Assembly (NCBI GenBank): GCA_002269645.1
Contig: NIVC01000387.1
Location: forward strand, 124,001-188,000
DNA length: 64,000 nucleotides
From: Macrostomum lignano
Lineage: Eukaryota
Reading direction: 5' to 3'
Below, one piece after another: positions 25,601-40,600 of the stretch. The position numbers and the translations under genes are program-made. A model generated the notes under the pieces. That model did no database searches, was not told the DNA's origin, and saw only the letters and a program-made list of their open reading frames with translations. Positions within the stretch are counted from its first letter, which is position 1; each line of letters starts with the position of its first letter.

Positions 25601-28600
25601 TTCCATGAGAGCTACAGATCTTCCATGAGAGCTAAAGATCTTCCATGAGAGCTACAGATCTTCCATGAGAGCTACAGATCTTCCATGAGAGCTACAGATC
25701 TTCCATGAGAGCTACAGATCTTCCATGAGAGCTACAGATCTTCTATGAGAGCTACATGAGAGCTACAGATCTCCCATGAGAGCTACAAATCTTCCATGAG
25801 AGCTACAGATCTCCCATGAGAGCTACAAATCTTCCATGAGAGCCTGCAGACCTTCCATGAGAGCTAAAGATCTTCCATGAGAGCTAAAGATCTCCCATGA
25901 GAGCTACAGATCTCCCATGAGAGCTACAGATCTCCCTGAGAGCGACAGATCTCCGATGAGAGCTAAAGATCTTCCATGAGAGCTAAAGATCTCCCATGAG
26001 AGCTACAGATCTCCCATGAGAGCTACAGATCTCCCTGAGAGCTACAGATCTCCCATGAGAGCTACAGATCTCCCTGAGAGCGACAGATCTCCGATGAGAG
26101 CTACAGATCTTCCTGAGAGCTACAGATCTCCCGGAGAGCTGCCGATCTCCGTGATAGATTACATATTCACAAGAGAGATTACATATACTCAGAGTTACAG
26201 ATCCCAGCGAGAGCTCAGACAATCACAGGCTGCAGCCCAAGCTCACCATGATGGTGAGCCGGTGGCACAGGGCCTGGCAGTCCTCCATGCTGTGGCTGGT
26301 CAGGATAACACAGGAGCCGCGGGCCACCATGCCCTGGATGCAACGCCACAGGGACCGCCGGGCCTTGGGATCCATGCCGGCCGTCGGCTCGTCCAAGAAG
26401 AGAATCGGCGGCCCGCCGATGAAGGCGACGCCGCAGGAGAGCTTCCGCTTGTTGCCGCCGCTGTACTGCTCCGTGACCTTGTCGATGTGCTGCATGATTC
26501 CGACCCTGACAGTTAAAATCACCTCATTGTCAGTCATTTGGGACTCATTTGGGAAGGTCAGTCACTGGTATCTATCATGTGCGGTCCCCTCGCTCCTAGC
26601 AGGGTGAACTGGACCTCAGCTTACTTAGTTAGACACACGCCTATCAGGGTGCGTACTAACCGCTGCCGACTCTGCTTAACTCCAAGGCAGTCAGTCCTAC
26701 GGTTAAACAGACGCATCGAGAGAAAACCCCCAGCTTCACTCACTGCCTGGCGATGCTCTCAGCCATGCCCGGCACCAGGTGCTCCGGCACACCGCGAATC
26801 CTGGCGTACAGCTGCAGCACCTCGCGGCCGGTCAGCAGCGGCTGCACCGCGTCCGACTGCGGGCAGTAGCCGAGGCGCCTGTGCACCTGCAAGAGGCCCG
26901 GTTGGGATGGGGGGATGTTTTTTACTTGGCTTTAAGTTGCAGAGAACACGAAAAGCATTTTTATTTTTGTTCAATGCTTGTGCAGCTTCAGCCACCACCT
27001 TAACTGATTTTATACCCTCACTATACCCCTTCCAGTGCTTTTAGGGCTCCGATACCCCTCACTCTACCCCTTCCAGTGCTTTAATGTTTCCGATACCCCT
27101 CACTCTACCCCTTCCAGTGCTTTAATGGCTCCGATACCCCTCACTCTACCCCTTCCAGTGCTTTTAGGGCTCCGATACCCCTCACTCTACTCTTTACAGT
27201 GCTTTTAGGGCTCCGATAACCCTCACTCTACCCCCTACAGTACTTCTATGGCCTCCGCAACCACCCCTTATCCCCACCCTTCCTCCAGCAGAACAAGCCC
27301 AATGTCGTGAGTTGGCAAACCTCTCGAGCTTCCGTCACCACCGAGCGCCCGCAGACGAAGGCGTCGCCGCTGCTGGGCGCCAGGTCACCTGTCAGCATCC
27401 GGAATGTGGTCGTTTTGCCGGCCCCGTTGACGCCCAGGAAGCCGAAGCACTCGCGCCGGCCAACCGCCAGGCTGACGCCGCGGACAGCAGCGATTCGCCG
27501 ACCACCGCGGCCACGAAACTCCTTGGCCAGGCGACGCAGCTCCAGCGCGGTGTCCGGGTTGCCACCGCCTTCGCCGCTCAGGCAGCACCGTGCCTCCTCC
27601 GCAGCGACGTCGTCGTCGATAAGATCGGCGGCGTCGGAAGCCGCAGGCGGGTTGCGGCGCCAGCGGGACAGGGCGCGAGGCAGCAGGGTGGAGCTGTACT
27701 CTATGAGCAGCACGGCTGAGAAGTACACGACGCTCTGAATAGCCAGGGCGATGATGTAGCTGCGGGCGGGGAGGGAAGCGGAGCAGTCGATAATGGCAGT
27801 TATACTACAGCTAAAACTGTAATTATTGACTCAGCGCTTACTTTCTAGCTGGTTGCCAGGCGCTGCTGTGGAAGACCAGGCCGCTGGAGAAGTACTCCTT
27901 GACGCCCCGCTTTCCGGCCATGCTGAGCAGGCGCACGGACAGCTGGTAGTAGATGTTGAGCTCCATGAGGCCGTGGCCGAGGCAGAAGTGCGGCAGCGCC
28001 ATGAACAGCCACTTCAGCACCTCGGAGATCCGCTGCATTTGCTTGTCCTGGGGGAGAGTTTCAAGTATATTGACACCTCTTGACATCGATTCGCAAGTCC
28101 ACAACACCCAAAGCAAAGCCTTGAACAATTGAAAGTAAAACTTTGATTTTATGAAGTCTCCATGGATTAGGAGGCCGTAGCCCAGTCGTCTAGCGGCCCA
28201 GACTCGATTCCAAGTGCATTAATTTGGAGCTAAATTGGAATCTCGGCTTGGCTCTGCTAGCGCAATTAACGGCCTTGAGGGCCAACCTCCAAGGCGCAGT
28301 GAAGTGCACATGCCTAACGATAATATAAAGTTGGGCGCTGTACACTCCTGTGTGAGTGTGGACCTGCGCGTATGACTGCGTACGTATCCGCGCGATTGTG
28401 TACCTGCTCAAGGCGAAATGGGCACTAATGCCTCTCGCCGGTTGTGACAATGTCGCTTGAAGTGCGCCAGGGTGCACGCAGTCCCTGCCTCTAATCTAAA
28501 AAAATCTCCATGGCTTATCGAAAAGGCATATCCTAGTGGAAGTAGGATATCCAAAGCATGAGCCGTCGATGGAGCTTCAGTGAAACACTATCACAAGAAA

Positions 28601-31600
28601 TTAATGTCCAATGATTTCGGCTCCTACTAGCAGTAGTAGTCAAGCGCAATTTCTCACATCGTTCTGCTCGCCAATCATCCGCACGATGGTGACGGACATG
28701 GTGGTGACGAAGCCCAGGCCGAGGTTGGCGCAGGCCAGCAGCGTGTAGGCCTTGCTGGGCACGCCGAGCCGCCAGCTGGCCAGGTACATCAGCGGCGCGC
28801 AGGCCAGGCCGTACAGCAGCAGCACGGTGACGGTCGGCCCGATGGACCCAGCACTGACGAACTCCTGACTGTCGAAGGCGGCGAACATGATCAGCAGGAT
28901 GGCCGCGGGTGCCAGATAGTTGACCAGGTTCCAGGCGTGATTCACCAGCCAGTAGAGGCCGGGCGGCACCCCGGACACCAGCTGCAGGTGCTTGGCCCCG
29001 GACCGGCGCTCCGCTATGGGGAAAATGACAAAGCTGGCCAGCACGAAGGACAGGGCGAACAGCACGGACACTACAGTCATGGCCGACACGAAGGCGTTCA
29101 TCTGGATAGCGTTGGACGCCCAGCTGGGCCGGTTCGTCACCGGGTGGGTCCAGGCTGAGATGCCGTAGGCGGAGGCGTTGCCGGCCGGGATGAGGGAGCG
29201 CAGCAGGGCGTTGTGCAGCACGTTGAGGTAGGCGGGCCCGGCCGTGTAGCCGCGGTTGTCAAACCAGACCTCGTGCTGGTGGGCAGCGGCGGCCTCGGAG
29301 GCCAAGCGCGGCAGCGACAGGCGGCCCAGCTGGGACCAGAAGCTGCGATGGGGGCGGCGGGGCAGTAGGGAGGGGTGCAGGATTAAGAGAGTTAATAGGA
29401 TCTTGGGGCGAGGGGGGTCAAGAAGGCAATGGAGTCACGTGGAAAAAGCCAATGGCCATAATGGCAGGACAGGCTTTGTTGTAATTCACAAGGATAATGA
29501 AGTCATAGGGCCCAATGGAGTTAAGGGTCAAAGTACATGTAGTCATAGGGTCATAAGGGCCAATGTAGTTAGGGGTCAAAGTAGTCATAGGGTCATAGGG
29601 GTCAATGGAGTTAGGGGTCAAAGTAGTCATAGGGTCATAGGGGTCAATGCAGTTAGAGGTTAATGGAGTTAGGGGTCAATGGAGTTAGGGGTCAATGGAG
29701 TTAAGGGCTTCAAGTACGTTGAGTTACTATTGTTTCAGCATTTTTGCGTTCGAAAATGAAGGTAACTGGGGAAAACAGCACAATAAATGTTTACAGAGGA
29801 CCTCATGAAGTGGACCTCCCACCTGTTCGAGTTGTTCTCCTTGACGCCAAGCAGCTGCAGACTGCGCCAGGCGGTGTCCACGGCCCCGGCCCGGGCGGCA
29901 GCGGCGGTGGCGTTCTCCACGAATAGGCGGAGGCCGCCAAAACGGCGCCGGTAGTCGGGCATGGTGGACGCCCGAAGGTAGTCGGCGAGGCCGCCCAGGC
30001 CGCCCCGCAGGCCGCTCAGGTCCTCCAGCAGGTCGCCGCTCATCAGCGCCCGCCTCGGCTGCTCCGGCCTGGCCGGACAGTCCGGACCGCCGCCTGCGGA
30101 CTCCGGCCGGCAGCGGCACCGGCCGACAGTGTTGCTGGAGTTGGCGGGCACCTCCGACCAGGCGCTGCCGGCCCGGTGCCACTTGCAGGGGAAGCGCGGG
30201 TTGCTGAAGCGGCCTGGCGGCATGCAGCGGGTGCCCAGCTGCTCCGTGGCGCGCAGGTGGCGGGTCAGAGGCTGCGCGGCTGAAGCTCCGGGCTGCGTCA
30301 GGCTGACGAAGGTGCGCAGGTCCTGGCTGGAGGCGGCTGCGGGGTCCCGGGTCCCCAGCAGGTACCAGGGCGCCAGCTCGAGCGGCGGGTTAAGGCCGTC
30401 CCGGGGAACGATCTGCAGCAGGGCGAGGGCGAGCAGCACGAAGCCAGTGGGCAGCAGCAGCTCGGCCAGCCAGCGCGCCACCGCTCGCGACGAGGTGTGA
30501 AAGCGCGCTGAGACTAGCGCGCGCGCCTGCTGAGTAAGCGAGGTGGCGCGCGCAGCGAATGCGTCGTCTGATTCGGCCACAGCAACGACGGCTCCGTTTT
30601 GAGCCTTGGCGCTCTCGCCGGCGTGGTGCGTTTTGGCGTCGCCGTTTTCTTCGGCGGCTTCCTCGCCGTCAGTGCAGCCGGTGACCTGGGCAAAAACAGT
30701 TAATTGGGGATTGGATGCGCTTGAGACCCCCTGTTGGGCCTACCTGCCAGCTAAGTCTATCGTCTACCCTGACTGCCGAGTCTACCCTGACTGCCGAGTC
30801 TACCCTGACTACCCAGTCTACCCTGACTACCCAGTCTACCCTGACTACCCAGTCTACCCTGACTACCCAGTCTACCCTGACTACCCAGTCTACCCTGACT
30901 ACCCAGTCTACCCTGACTACCCAGTCTACCCTGACTACCCAGTCTACCCTGACTGCTCAGTCTACCCTGACTACCCAGTCTACCCTGACTACCCAGTCTA
31001 CCCTGACTACCCAGTCTACCCTGACTACCCAGTCTACCCTGACTGCCGAGTCTACCCTGACTGCCGAGTCTACCCTGACTACCCAGTCTACCCTGACTAC
31101 CCAGTCTACCCTGACTACCCAGTCTACCCTGACTGCTCAGTCTACCCTGACTACCCAGTCTACCCTGACTACCCAGTCTGCACCGCAACGATTACTTGAG
31201 TGCTCACCTTCAAGAAGACCTCCTCCAGCGAGCAGTCCTCTATGCCGTAGGCGGAGACGCCCAGCTCCGACATGGCGGCGTCCAGCCGATCGAACAACGC
31301 GGCAAATCCGGCCGCAGAGCTGGCGGGCAACCGCAGGCGAATCTCGCTGGTTGTCGCCTCGGCCAGGCGGGCCTCCGGCACCTCCTGCCTGACCAGACGC
31401 AGGGCAGCGGCGTCAGCGGCGGCAGCTGCCTCGGACGGAGCCTCAGCCGATCGGACGAGCGTCAGCGCATAGCCGTCGCCGAGGGCCTTCTTGAGGAAGA
31501 GCGGCGAGCCGCTGCAGACCAGGCGGCCCCGATCGATGATGCAGATCCGGTCGCCGAGGATGTCCGCCTCGTCCATGTGGTGCGTGGTCAGCAGGATGGT

Positions 31601-34600
31601 GCGGCCGGTGCGGAACTTGCCAATTACCTCCCAGATGCCGCGGCGGGCGTGCGGATCCACGCCTGGTCAGCGGGGTGCGGCAGGAATACAGCTGCTGTGA
31701 ATTTGCGCCTCTCATTTTGTGAGCTGTGGCTTCAGTGACAGTCATCCTCTTTCGGACAGTGAACAGTAAAAGTGAGCAGTGAGCAGGAAGTGAGCAGGAA
31801 GTGAGCAGGAAGTGAGCAGTGAGCAGGAAGTGAGCAGGAAGTGAGCAGTGAGCAGGAAGTGAGCAGTGAGCAGGAAGTGAGCAGGAAGTGAGCAGTGAGC
31901 AGGAAGTGAGCAGACAGTGAGCAGTGAGCAGGAAGTGAGCAGACAGTGAGCAGTGAGCAGGAAGTGAGCAGACAGTGAGCAGTGAGCAGGAAGTGAGCAG
32001 TGAGCAGGAAGTGAGCAGTGAGCAGGAAGTGAGCAGTGAGCAGGAAGTGAGCAATGAGCAGGAAGTGAGCAGACAGGGAGCGTTGAGCAGACACACAGAC
32101 AGTTAGCAGACAGTTAGCAGACAGTTAGCAGACAGCTAGCAGACAGTAAGCATGAGAGCAATGACTTACCAGCTGTGGGCTCATCCAGCACAACCAGCTT
32201 GGAGTTGCCCACAAACGCCATGGCAACGGAGAGACGCCGCTTCATTCCGCCGGACAGATTTTTGCTGAGCTCGTGCCGCTTTTGCAGCAGGCCAACGTCG
32301 CGCAGGAACGAGTCCACCTGAGGCCGGATCTCGGCTTTGGTGAGGCCCTTCAGCATGCCATAGAAGTAGATGTGGTCCTGCACAGTCAGGCAGTCGTACA
32401 GAATGTTGTGCTGCGGGCAGAGGCCGAGGCACCGACGGACGGAGTCCATCTGGGTGCGGATGTCCAGGCCGTAGATGCGCGCGGTGCCGGAAGTCGGGGT
32501 GTACAGTCCAGTCAGCACCGAGATGGTGGTGCTCTTGCCTGCCAGACGGGGAAGAGGCATAACAGAGGTCGTAGAGGCCCTACAGATCACAAGTATTCTC
32601 CTTTGCAAAATGTTTTGGCTTGGGCAAACCTACCTGCTCCGTTGTGGCCCAGGAACGAAGTCACCTGGCCTTGGTAGAAGTTCACCGTCAGGCAGTCGAC
32701 AGCGGCCACCGGCAGTCCGCTGCCACCGCCGCCGTCCGTCTCATCGTCGCCGCCGACGCAGCTGCCAGCGGCGCCGAAAAATCTGGCGGCCGGTGGCCGG
32801 GCGTCGTAGACCTTGCGGAGCCGGCGGACCGCGACGCCGACTGGCAGGTGGCCAGGCTCCTCTTCGAATCGGTCGGCCGCCGGGCCGTCCTCTGCCGCCC
32901 CGCCGTTCAGCAGCGGCTTGTCGTTCTCGGCGTCGATCTCCTCCAGCGCAGCGCCGCCATCGACACCATCAGTCTTGTCCGCGGCCGATTTGCTGCGCCG
33001 CTCTCCGCGCCAGAAAGCGGAAGTGAATGGAAAGTGCAGCGGCCGGGGCACCCCGTAGGGCCCGGGGAACACCTGCTCCAGATAGGCAGCGGCGGCGAAC
33101 AGCCAGGCCGCGTCCAGCCACATGGCCAGCAGGACGCTGCTGAACGCAAAGGCGTCGTCGGACATCGGCGACAAGCGCAGGTTGTGGGCCTGCAGGCCAA
33201 CGCCGGCAAGCTCCCACTTGGCTACGTAGCGGCAGCCGATGCCGAAGGCCAGCTGCGGGATGGCGCAGGCGGCCGAGTAGGCTCCGGTGGTCATGCTGTC
33301 GGCCAGCCGGTCCACCGCCGAGTACGGCACGTAGCCGACGAAGTACACCACGCCGGCGAATGCGGCCGCCACGCTGGAGTCGGCGAAGCACACGGAGATG
33401 AGGAAGGCCTCGCAGACGCTGCTGACAATGAAGGAGAAGATGAACATGAACAGCAGCAGCGGGTCCGAGTGGCGGACGATGCCGCCAGCTGTGAGCAGGG
33501 CGGTCATGCCCACGGCACTGATGGACATGACGGTCACGGTGGTGATGAGCCAGGACAGCCAGTGCACGGAGTCCGACAGGCCCATGATGCGCATCAGCTC
33601 CTTCATGCGGGTCTCGCGCTCGTAGACAATGGCGTTCACCAGCAGGGAGATGCTGTAGATCCAGGACAGGGTCATGATCATAGGCAAGAAGCCTTCGATG
33701 ACTCGGACGAATTTGTCCTGCGAGTTGCAGACGGAGGGGAACAGGCGCATCCGGCTGGTGTGGCGGACCTCCACGCCCGACAGGTCGGAGACGATGGCCA
33801 GCTCTAGCAGCTCCTGGCGATGGGGAACCGGTGAGGCTGATTGACAGCTATGCATCCAATATTTCATCTAGGACTCTTCTCTGACCTGTACACTCGTGAT
33901 GAAGATAATCTCTACCTGATGATAAGGTGGCGGAGCTCGTCAAAATCCGGCCCGCGAAGCCTCTCTATTCGGCCCTCGGATCCTTTGAAGCTTCACAATA
34001 GCAATCCAGTCCGCTCAAGGCTTGTGTCTCTTCTCAGCTCTCTTCTCTCCCTTCCATTTTCTCTCTCCACTTCTGCTCTGCTCTCTTCTCTCGTTTCTCC
34101 TCTCGTCTCCTTTATTTCCTTGCCTCTCCTTTCTCCAATCTCTTCTTTCTTATCTATTCTCTCCCCTCTTCTAGCTGGGTTCTCTATCTGGTCCTTTGGA
34201 TTATTTTTTTAAAAGGTGTACAGTACAGCATAGGGTGTACAGAATAACACAGGATGTACAGTACAGCATATGGTGTACAGAATAACAGAGTGTACAGTAC
34301 AGCATAGGGTGTACAGAATAACACGGTGTACAGTACAGCATAGGGTGTACCGAATAACATAGGGTGTACAGTACAGCATAGGGTGTACAGAATAACATAG
34401 GGTGTACAGTACAGCATAGGGTGTACAGAATAACATAGGGTGTACAGTACAGCATAAGGTGTACAGAAAAATCTACAGCGAATTCCTCACCTGCAGGTGT
34501 ATAAAGAAGGACGTGAAGTACTTGAAATCCTGAGGAAACTCCGCCCTCGGCCCGGGTGTCCAGACCCGGTCCAGCACCTTGTAGTGCCGGGTGCTGTCCA

Positions 34601-37600
34601 CCGCGTACTCCGGCATGCGCAGCCGGTAGCGGACGAAAGTGTCCGAGTCCGAGTCGAACACCAGGGCGGCCAGCAGGTGCGGCATCTGCTCGGACAGTTC
34701 CCCATCTTTACCCTCTGTTTCGTTGCCGTTGCCGCTGCTGCCGCTACCGCCGCTACCTCCGCCGCCGCCAGCCTTCGGCAGCAGAGCCGCCCGCGGCAGC
34801 GGGCCCCGCTGCGGCCCCGGACCGCTGGCTGCCGGCGACTCGTCAGACGAAGGCGGAGGAGCGTCATAGTTGCGTAACAGCTGCTCCACGCGGGCGTTGA
34901 GCGCCGATTCGTTGGCGAACCCGTGCAGCTTGGAGAGGCGGAAGCAGGCGGTGGCATAGTACAGCCGCCTGGCCGCCCAGTCCGCCCACGACAGGCCGCG
35001 GCGCCATGGCGCGGTGCTGAAGTTGGAGGCCGCAGCAGCTGCCTCCGTGTCATTAAAAGAGCCGTCAGCAGCAGTGGAGCCGCTTTCGGCAGACAAAGCG
35101 GCGACGGCCGCCTGACAGGCCGGGCTCGGGCAGGCCGAGAGGAAAATCTTCGGGTTTAGAGAGGGGGCGAGGGGATTAGGAAAGCGGGGATGAGGAGGGG
35201 TTGAAGACAGAAGAGAGTGGTAACGAATGGAACGGAGGGGAAGGCACGGAATGAATGAACTGGAGATGAGGGAACACATGGAAATGAGGGAAGACATGGA
35301 AATGAGGATAGACATGGAAATGAGGGAAGACATGGAAATGAGGATAGACATGGAAATGAGGATAGACATGGAAATGAGGGAACACATGGAAATGAGGATA
35401 GACATGGAAATGAGGATAGACATGGAAATGAGGTAACACATGGAAATGAGGATAGACATGGAAATGAGGGAACACATGGAAATGAGGATAGACATGGAAA
35501 TGAGAATAGACATGGAAATGAGGATAGACATGGAAATGAGGGAACACATGGAAATGAGGGAAGACATGGAAATAAGGATAGACATGGAAATGAGGATAGA
35601 CCTGGAAATGAGGATAGACATGGAAATGAGGATAGACATGGAAATGAGGATAGACATGGAAATGAGGATAGACATGGAAATGAGGGAAGACATGGAAATA
35701 AGGATAGACATGGAAATGAGGATAGACATGGAAATGAGGATAGACATGGAAATGAGGATAGACCTGGAAATGAGGATAGACATGGAAATGAGGGAAGACA
35801 TGGAAATAAGGATAGACATGGAAATGAGGATAGACATGGAAATGAGGATAGACATGGAAATGAGGATAGACATGGAAATGAGGATAGACATGGAAATGAG
35901 GATAGACATGGAAATGAGGATAGACCTGGAAATGAGGATAGACATGGAAATGAGGATAGACCTGGAAATGAGGATAGACATGGAAATGAGGGAACACATG
36001 GAAATGAGGATAGACCTGGAAATGAGGATAGACATGGAAATGAGGATAGACATGGAAATGAGGGAACACATGGAAATGAGAATAGACATGGAAATGAGGA
36101 TAGACATGGAAATGACGATGGACTTGGAAAGGAGGATAGACCTGGAAATTAAAGTAGGCAAGGAAATGAGGGCAGGCATATATGAATGAACCGAAAATGA
36201 ACAGAGTGAATGGAGAAACAACAGAGAAACATAGCAGCATACAGAGGTGTCTACTCTAAATAAATGAGAGTAGAGAGAAGACAGGGCAAAATCCAAGTAA
36301 CCGGAAGTGAACTCACTTGAAGCGCGGGCAGCAGCGGCCCGTTAGCCAGGAACTGGGCGGCCCGCTCCGTCTCGTTGGTCAGCCAGAGCTCGGCCACGCG
36401 CGACACGTCGGCAATGCCGGTCAGAGTTTCGTTGATCTACGCGGGGCGGGGAGGGGAGCCGGCGGCTAGCCGTCAAAAGTATTTCTGAACTGTTGGGAGT
36501 CACCTGAGATTCACATAAGCTAAGATTCACTCTTATATACAAACTAAGATTCACTCTTATAAAAGCTAAGATTCACTCTAATACAAGCTAAGATTCACTC
36601 TTATATACAAACTAAGATTCACTCTTATAAAAGCTAAGATTCACTCTTATACAAGCTAAGATTCACTCACACAAGCAAAGATTCACTCCCCCATAAGCTG
36701 AGATTCACTCGTCTATAAGATTCACTCCTCCCCATACACTGAGATTCACTCCTTCATAAGCTGAGATTCACTCTTATACAAGCTAAGATTCACTCACACA
36801 AGCAAAGATTCACTCCCCCATAAGCTGAGATTCACTCGTCTATAAGATTCACTCCTCCCCATACACTGAGATTCACTCCTCCATAAGCTGAGATTCACTC
36901 CTCCATAAGCTGAGATTCACTCTTATACAAGCTAAGATTCACTCACACAAGCAAAGATTCACTCCTCCATAAGCTGAGATTCACTCCTCCGTAAACAGAG
37001 ATTCACTCCTCCGTAAGCAGAGATTCACTCCTATACAAGATTCACTCCTACATAACTTGGAGTCATTCCTAATCGAGCTGAGAGTCAGCAAAACATGCCA
37101 GACGCCCCAGCCTCACCCGCCGCAGGTGTCGCCGAACCGACTCCGTGTCAGGCGAATAATCGATCTCGCCGAACGCCAGCACGGAGAGCGAGTCGAAGCC
37201 CAGGCTGCTCAGCAGGCTGCCGACGCTGCCCAGCAGGGCGAACTGGTAGCTGGCGTTGAAGCAGACTGGGGGCGGAGAGCGGAGACGCCATGCAATTCTG
37301 CACTCTTGAAATCCAAGAAAAAATCCCCCACTTATCCCAATCCTTATCTTCCCCAGCACAGAACGGGAAAATAAAAAAAGAGAACAGCGTCACAGGCCGC
37401 GTTTCCGTTCAGGCGCCCCCCTCCAGTCATATATGCGCAACCCCCCCTGATTTACACTGGCCGTGCGACTTATTTTTTGGCTAAAAATGCGACTTACCTG
37501 TGAAAGAACCCTAGAGCAAAAATTACTCTAGAGTTTTGGGTAAACGGCAGGAGTAACTATCACTGGTTTATTTAGGCTAAATGCCTCGTCATCTAATTAG

Positions 37601-40600
37601 TACTAATAAGTCTGTATTCTTTCGGCTGGGCATTTTTGCGACTTACCCCTGATCCACCACAATTTACGGTGGCTGGATTGGCCAGGTCGGCCAGCAGTTG
37701 CGCCCGGCTCTAGGCATCTACATGTACATCCCAGACCAGGAATGAAGCACAAAGATGAGCTGCAAGGCCCTCCAAACAGCCAAGGCACTCACACTGCTCA
37801 GGCTGCGCCAGCTCCACAGCGTCCAGATCGACAAGGCGACGCGCGGCGCTGGAGTTGCCAGATTCGTCGGCCTCGCCAACTGGCGGCAATGTCGGCCGCG
37901 CCTCCGGCCCCGCATGCTTAGTGTCAGGCTTGCGGGCTCGGCCGGCCAGTCTGGCCCGCAGCCGGCCAGTGATCTGACGCAGGGTGCTGGCGCCGTGGCC
38001 GCAGGCGACGTCCGACAGGCGCTCCAAGCGGTCCAGCATGGCCAGCGCGGTGGGCGGCGAGGCCGTCGCCTCCGAGGCGGTGGTCGCGGGTTCGAGTGCG
38101 GCGATGCGTGACCAAAAGTCGTCCAAGAAGTTCAGCACGCCGGCGTCCTTTAAAGAAACCAGCTGAGGGAATCGGATGGGGAGTTGTGGGTTGCTTTGGC
38201 TGGGAGAGAACTGGTAGATTCTCTCTTGAGATCCCACTGGCACTGACTCTTGAAACCCACTCTCTAGATACCACGCTGACTTTCTCGAGACCCCGCTGAC
38301 TCACTTGGGATCCCGCTGACTCACTTGGGATCCCATTGACTCACTTGAGATCCCACTGACTCACATGGGATTCCACTGACTCACCTAGGATTCCACTGAC
38401 TCACTTGGGATCCCATTGACTCACTTGAGATCCCACTGATTCACATGGGATCCCACTGACTCACTTAGGATTCCACTGACTCACTTGGGATCCCATTGAC
38501 TCACTTGAGATCCCACTGACTCACATGGGATTCCACTGACTCACCTAGGATTCCACTGACTCACTTGGGACCCCGCTGACTCACTTGGGATCCCACTGAC
38601 TCACCTGGGATCCCACTGACTCACTTGAGATCCCATTGACTCACTTGAGATCCCACTGACTCACATGGGATCCCACTGACTCACATGGGATCCCACTGAC
38701 TCACTTGGGATCCCGCTGACTCACTTGGGATCCCATTGACTCACTTGAGATCCCACTGACTCACATGGGATTCCACTGACTCACCTAGGATTCCACTGAC
38801 TCACTTGGGACCCCGCTGACTCACTTGGGATCCCACTGACTCACCTGGGATCCCACTGACTCACTTGAGATCCCATTGACTCACTTGAGATCACATTGAC
38901 TCACTTGAGATCCCACTGACTCACTTGAGATCCCATTGACTCACTTGAGATCCCACTGACTCACTTGAGATCCCACTGACTCACATGGGATCCCACTGAC
39001 TCACTTGGGATCCCATTGACTCACTTGAGATCCCACTCTCTTGAGATCCCACTGACTCACTTGAGATCACATTGACTCACTAGAGATCCCACTGACTATC
39101 TTCAGATCCCACTGACTCTCTTGAGACCCCGCTTTCTTGAGATCCCACTGACTCTCTTGAGATCCCACTCACTCTCTTGAGATCCCACTGACTCTTTTGA
39201 CATCCCACTGATTCCCTTGAGCTCCCATTGACTCACTTGAGATTCCATTGACTCAATTGGGATCCCATTGACTCACTTCAGATCCCACTAGATTATCCAG
39301 CACTTCTACTCCTTCTACCAAGTATTCAACACTTAAAAAAGTTTCCCATGCGCAGAAATGAAAACTCGAATGATACTACTTAACTCACCTTGCTGATCAC
39401 AGGCTTCAAAGAAACAGCATCAGAAAAACGGATTGGCAGCGGGATGCTGTCTCGGTCGGATGAGGCCAGCTGTTTTTGTAAATAAGAAATCATTTTTTGA
39501 TACCTTCAATTAACCCTTCACACACTGACCTTAATTGAACCTGTGGAAAGAAGACTTACCTGGTCGACCAGCTGAACTGGGCTGAACATCTGGGCCAGGT
39601 TGCTACGGAAGCGGGCCTGAGAGCACAGAGACTGGCTAGCAACCAGGATGCACACCGTCTGTGGAGCCTCCACGTCTGACGGCATGGACTGCGCCAAAAG
39701 CGCGCTTCTGAGCAAGAAGTCGAGGCGCAGGTTCAGCTTCTGAGGGATTGCGGAGATGTGAGCGAATTTCCGATGCACCTGCTGGCCTTTAATTAGACTT
39801 GAGCAGGGACCCGGGGTTTGGGGCAGCAAGAGGGTCAATGTCCCCCTTTTAATATTGTTGAGACAGTATTAGACTCTGCTAAGTGTAGCTTGACGCTCAT
39901 CGTGACACATTGGCGCTCATTCTGACACATTGGCGCTCATCCTGACACATTGGCGCTCATCCTGACACATTGGCGCTCATCCTGACACATTGGCGCTCAT
40001 CCTGACACCTTGGCGCTCGTCTTGACACCTTGGCGCTCATCCTGACACCTTGGCGCTCATCCTGACACCTTGGCGCCCATCTTGACACCTTGGCGCTCGT
40101 CTTGACACCTTGGCGCTCATCCTGAAACCTTGGCGCCCATCTTGACACCTTGGCGCTCATCCTGACACCTTGGCGCTCATCCTGACACCTTGGCGCCCAT
40201 CTTGACACCTTGGCGCTCGTCTTGACACCTTGGCGCCCATCTTGACACCTTGGCGCTTGTCTTGACATTTTTCTTGACATTTTGACGCCTCAATGCCGAT
40301 TTTAGCACCTTAGCTTGCAACGCTTGGTTCAAAAGGGGGAGTGGTATTGCCCTATGGGCGCCAACTATAAAGTCCCAGTTGGCCAATATTAATGAGATGC
40401 TAGTGCAGATGTCAATGGATCAACACCGCACGATTAAATGAACATTAAGAATGGACAATGAGGGTTCGCACTGATCAAAATATCTGCACAGAAAATGACA
40501 AACTTCATTATTGCAGGCTTAGAAGGCTCTGCAGACTAGTATAGCAAAGAAACAAGTATAGACTCTAATAAGCTCAATTTTCACCTTCGGCAGAGGCACG

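Noticed and set aside
26740-26750. Possible GC-AG intron after ABCA exon 18
   Set aside because: A canonical GTGAGT donor 4 nt further on (exon end 26744) gives the correct phase 2.
32620-33807. 395-aa plus-strand ORF and other long ORFs antisense to GC-rich exons (for example 3724-4587, 6905-7540, 31196-31738)
   Set aside because: Shadow ORFs caused by high GC3 on the coding strand; no recognisable motifs.
34473-36296. 607-aa ORF with SILISM repeats and the matching MEMRID / FHVYPH ORFs
   Set aside because: The 18-bp intronic repeat is stop-free by chance; only 34491-35147 is ABCA coding.
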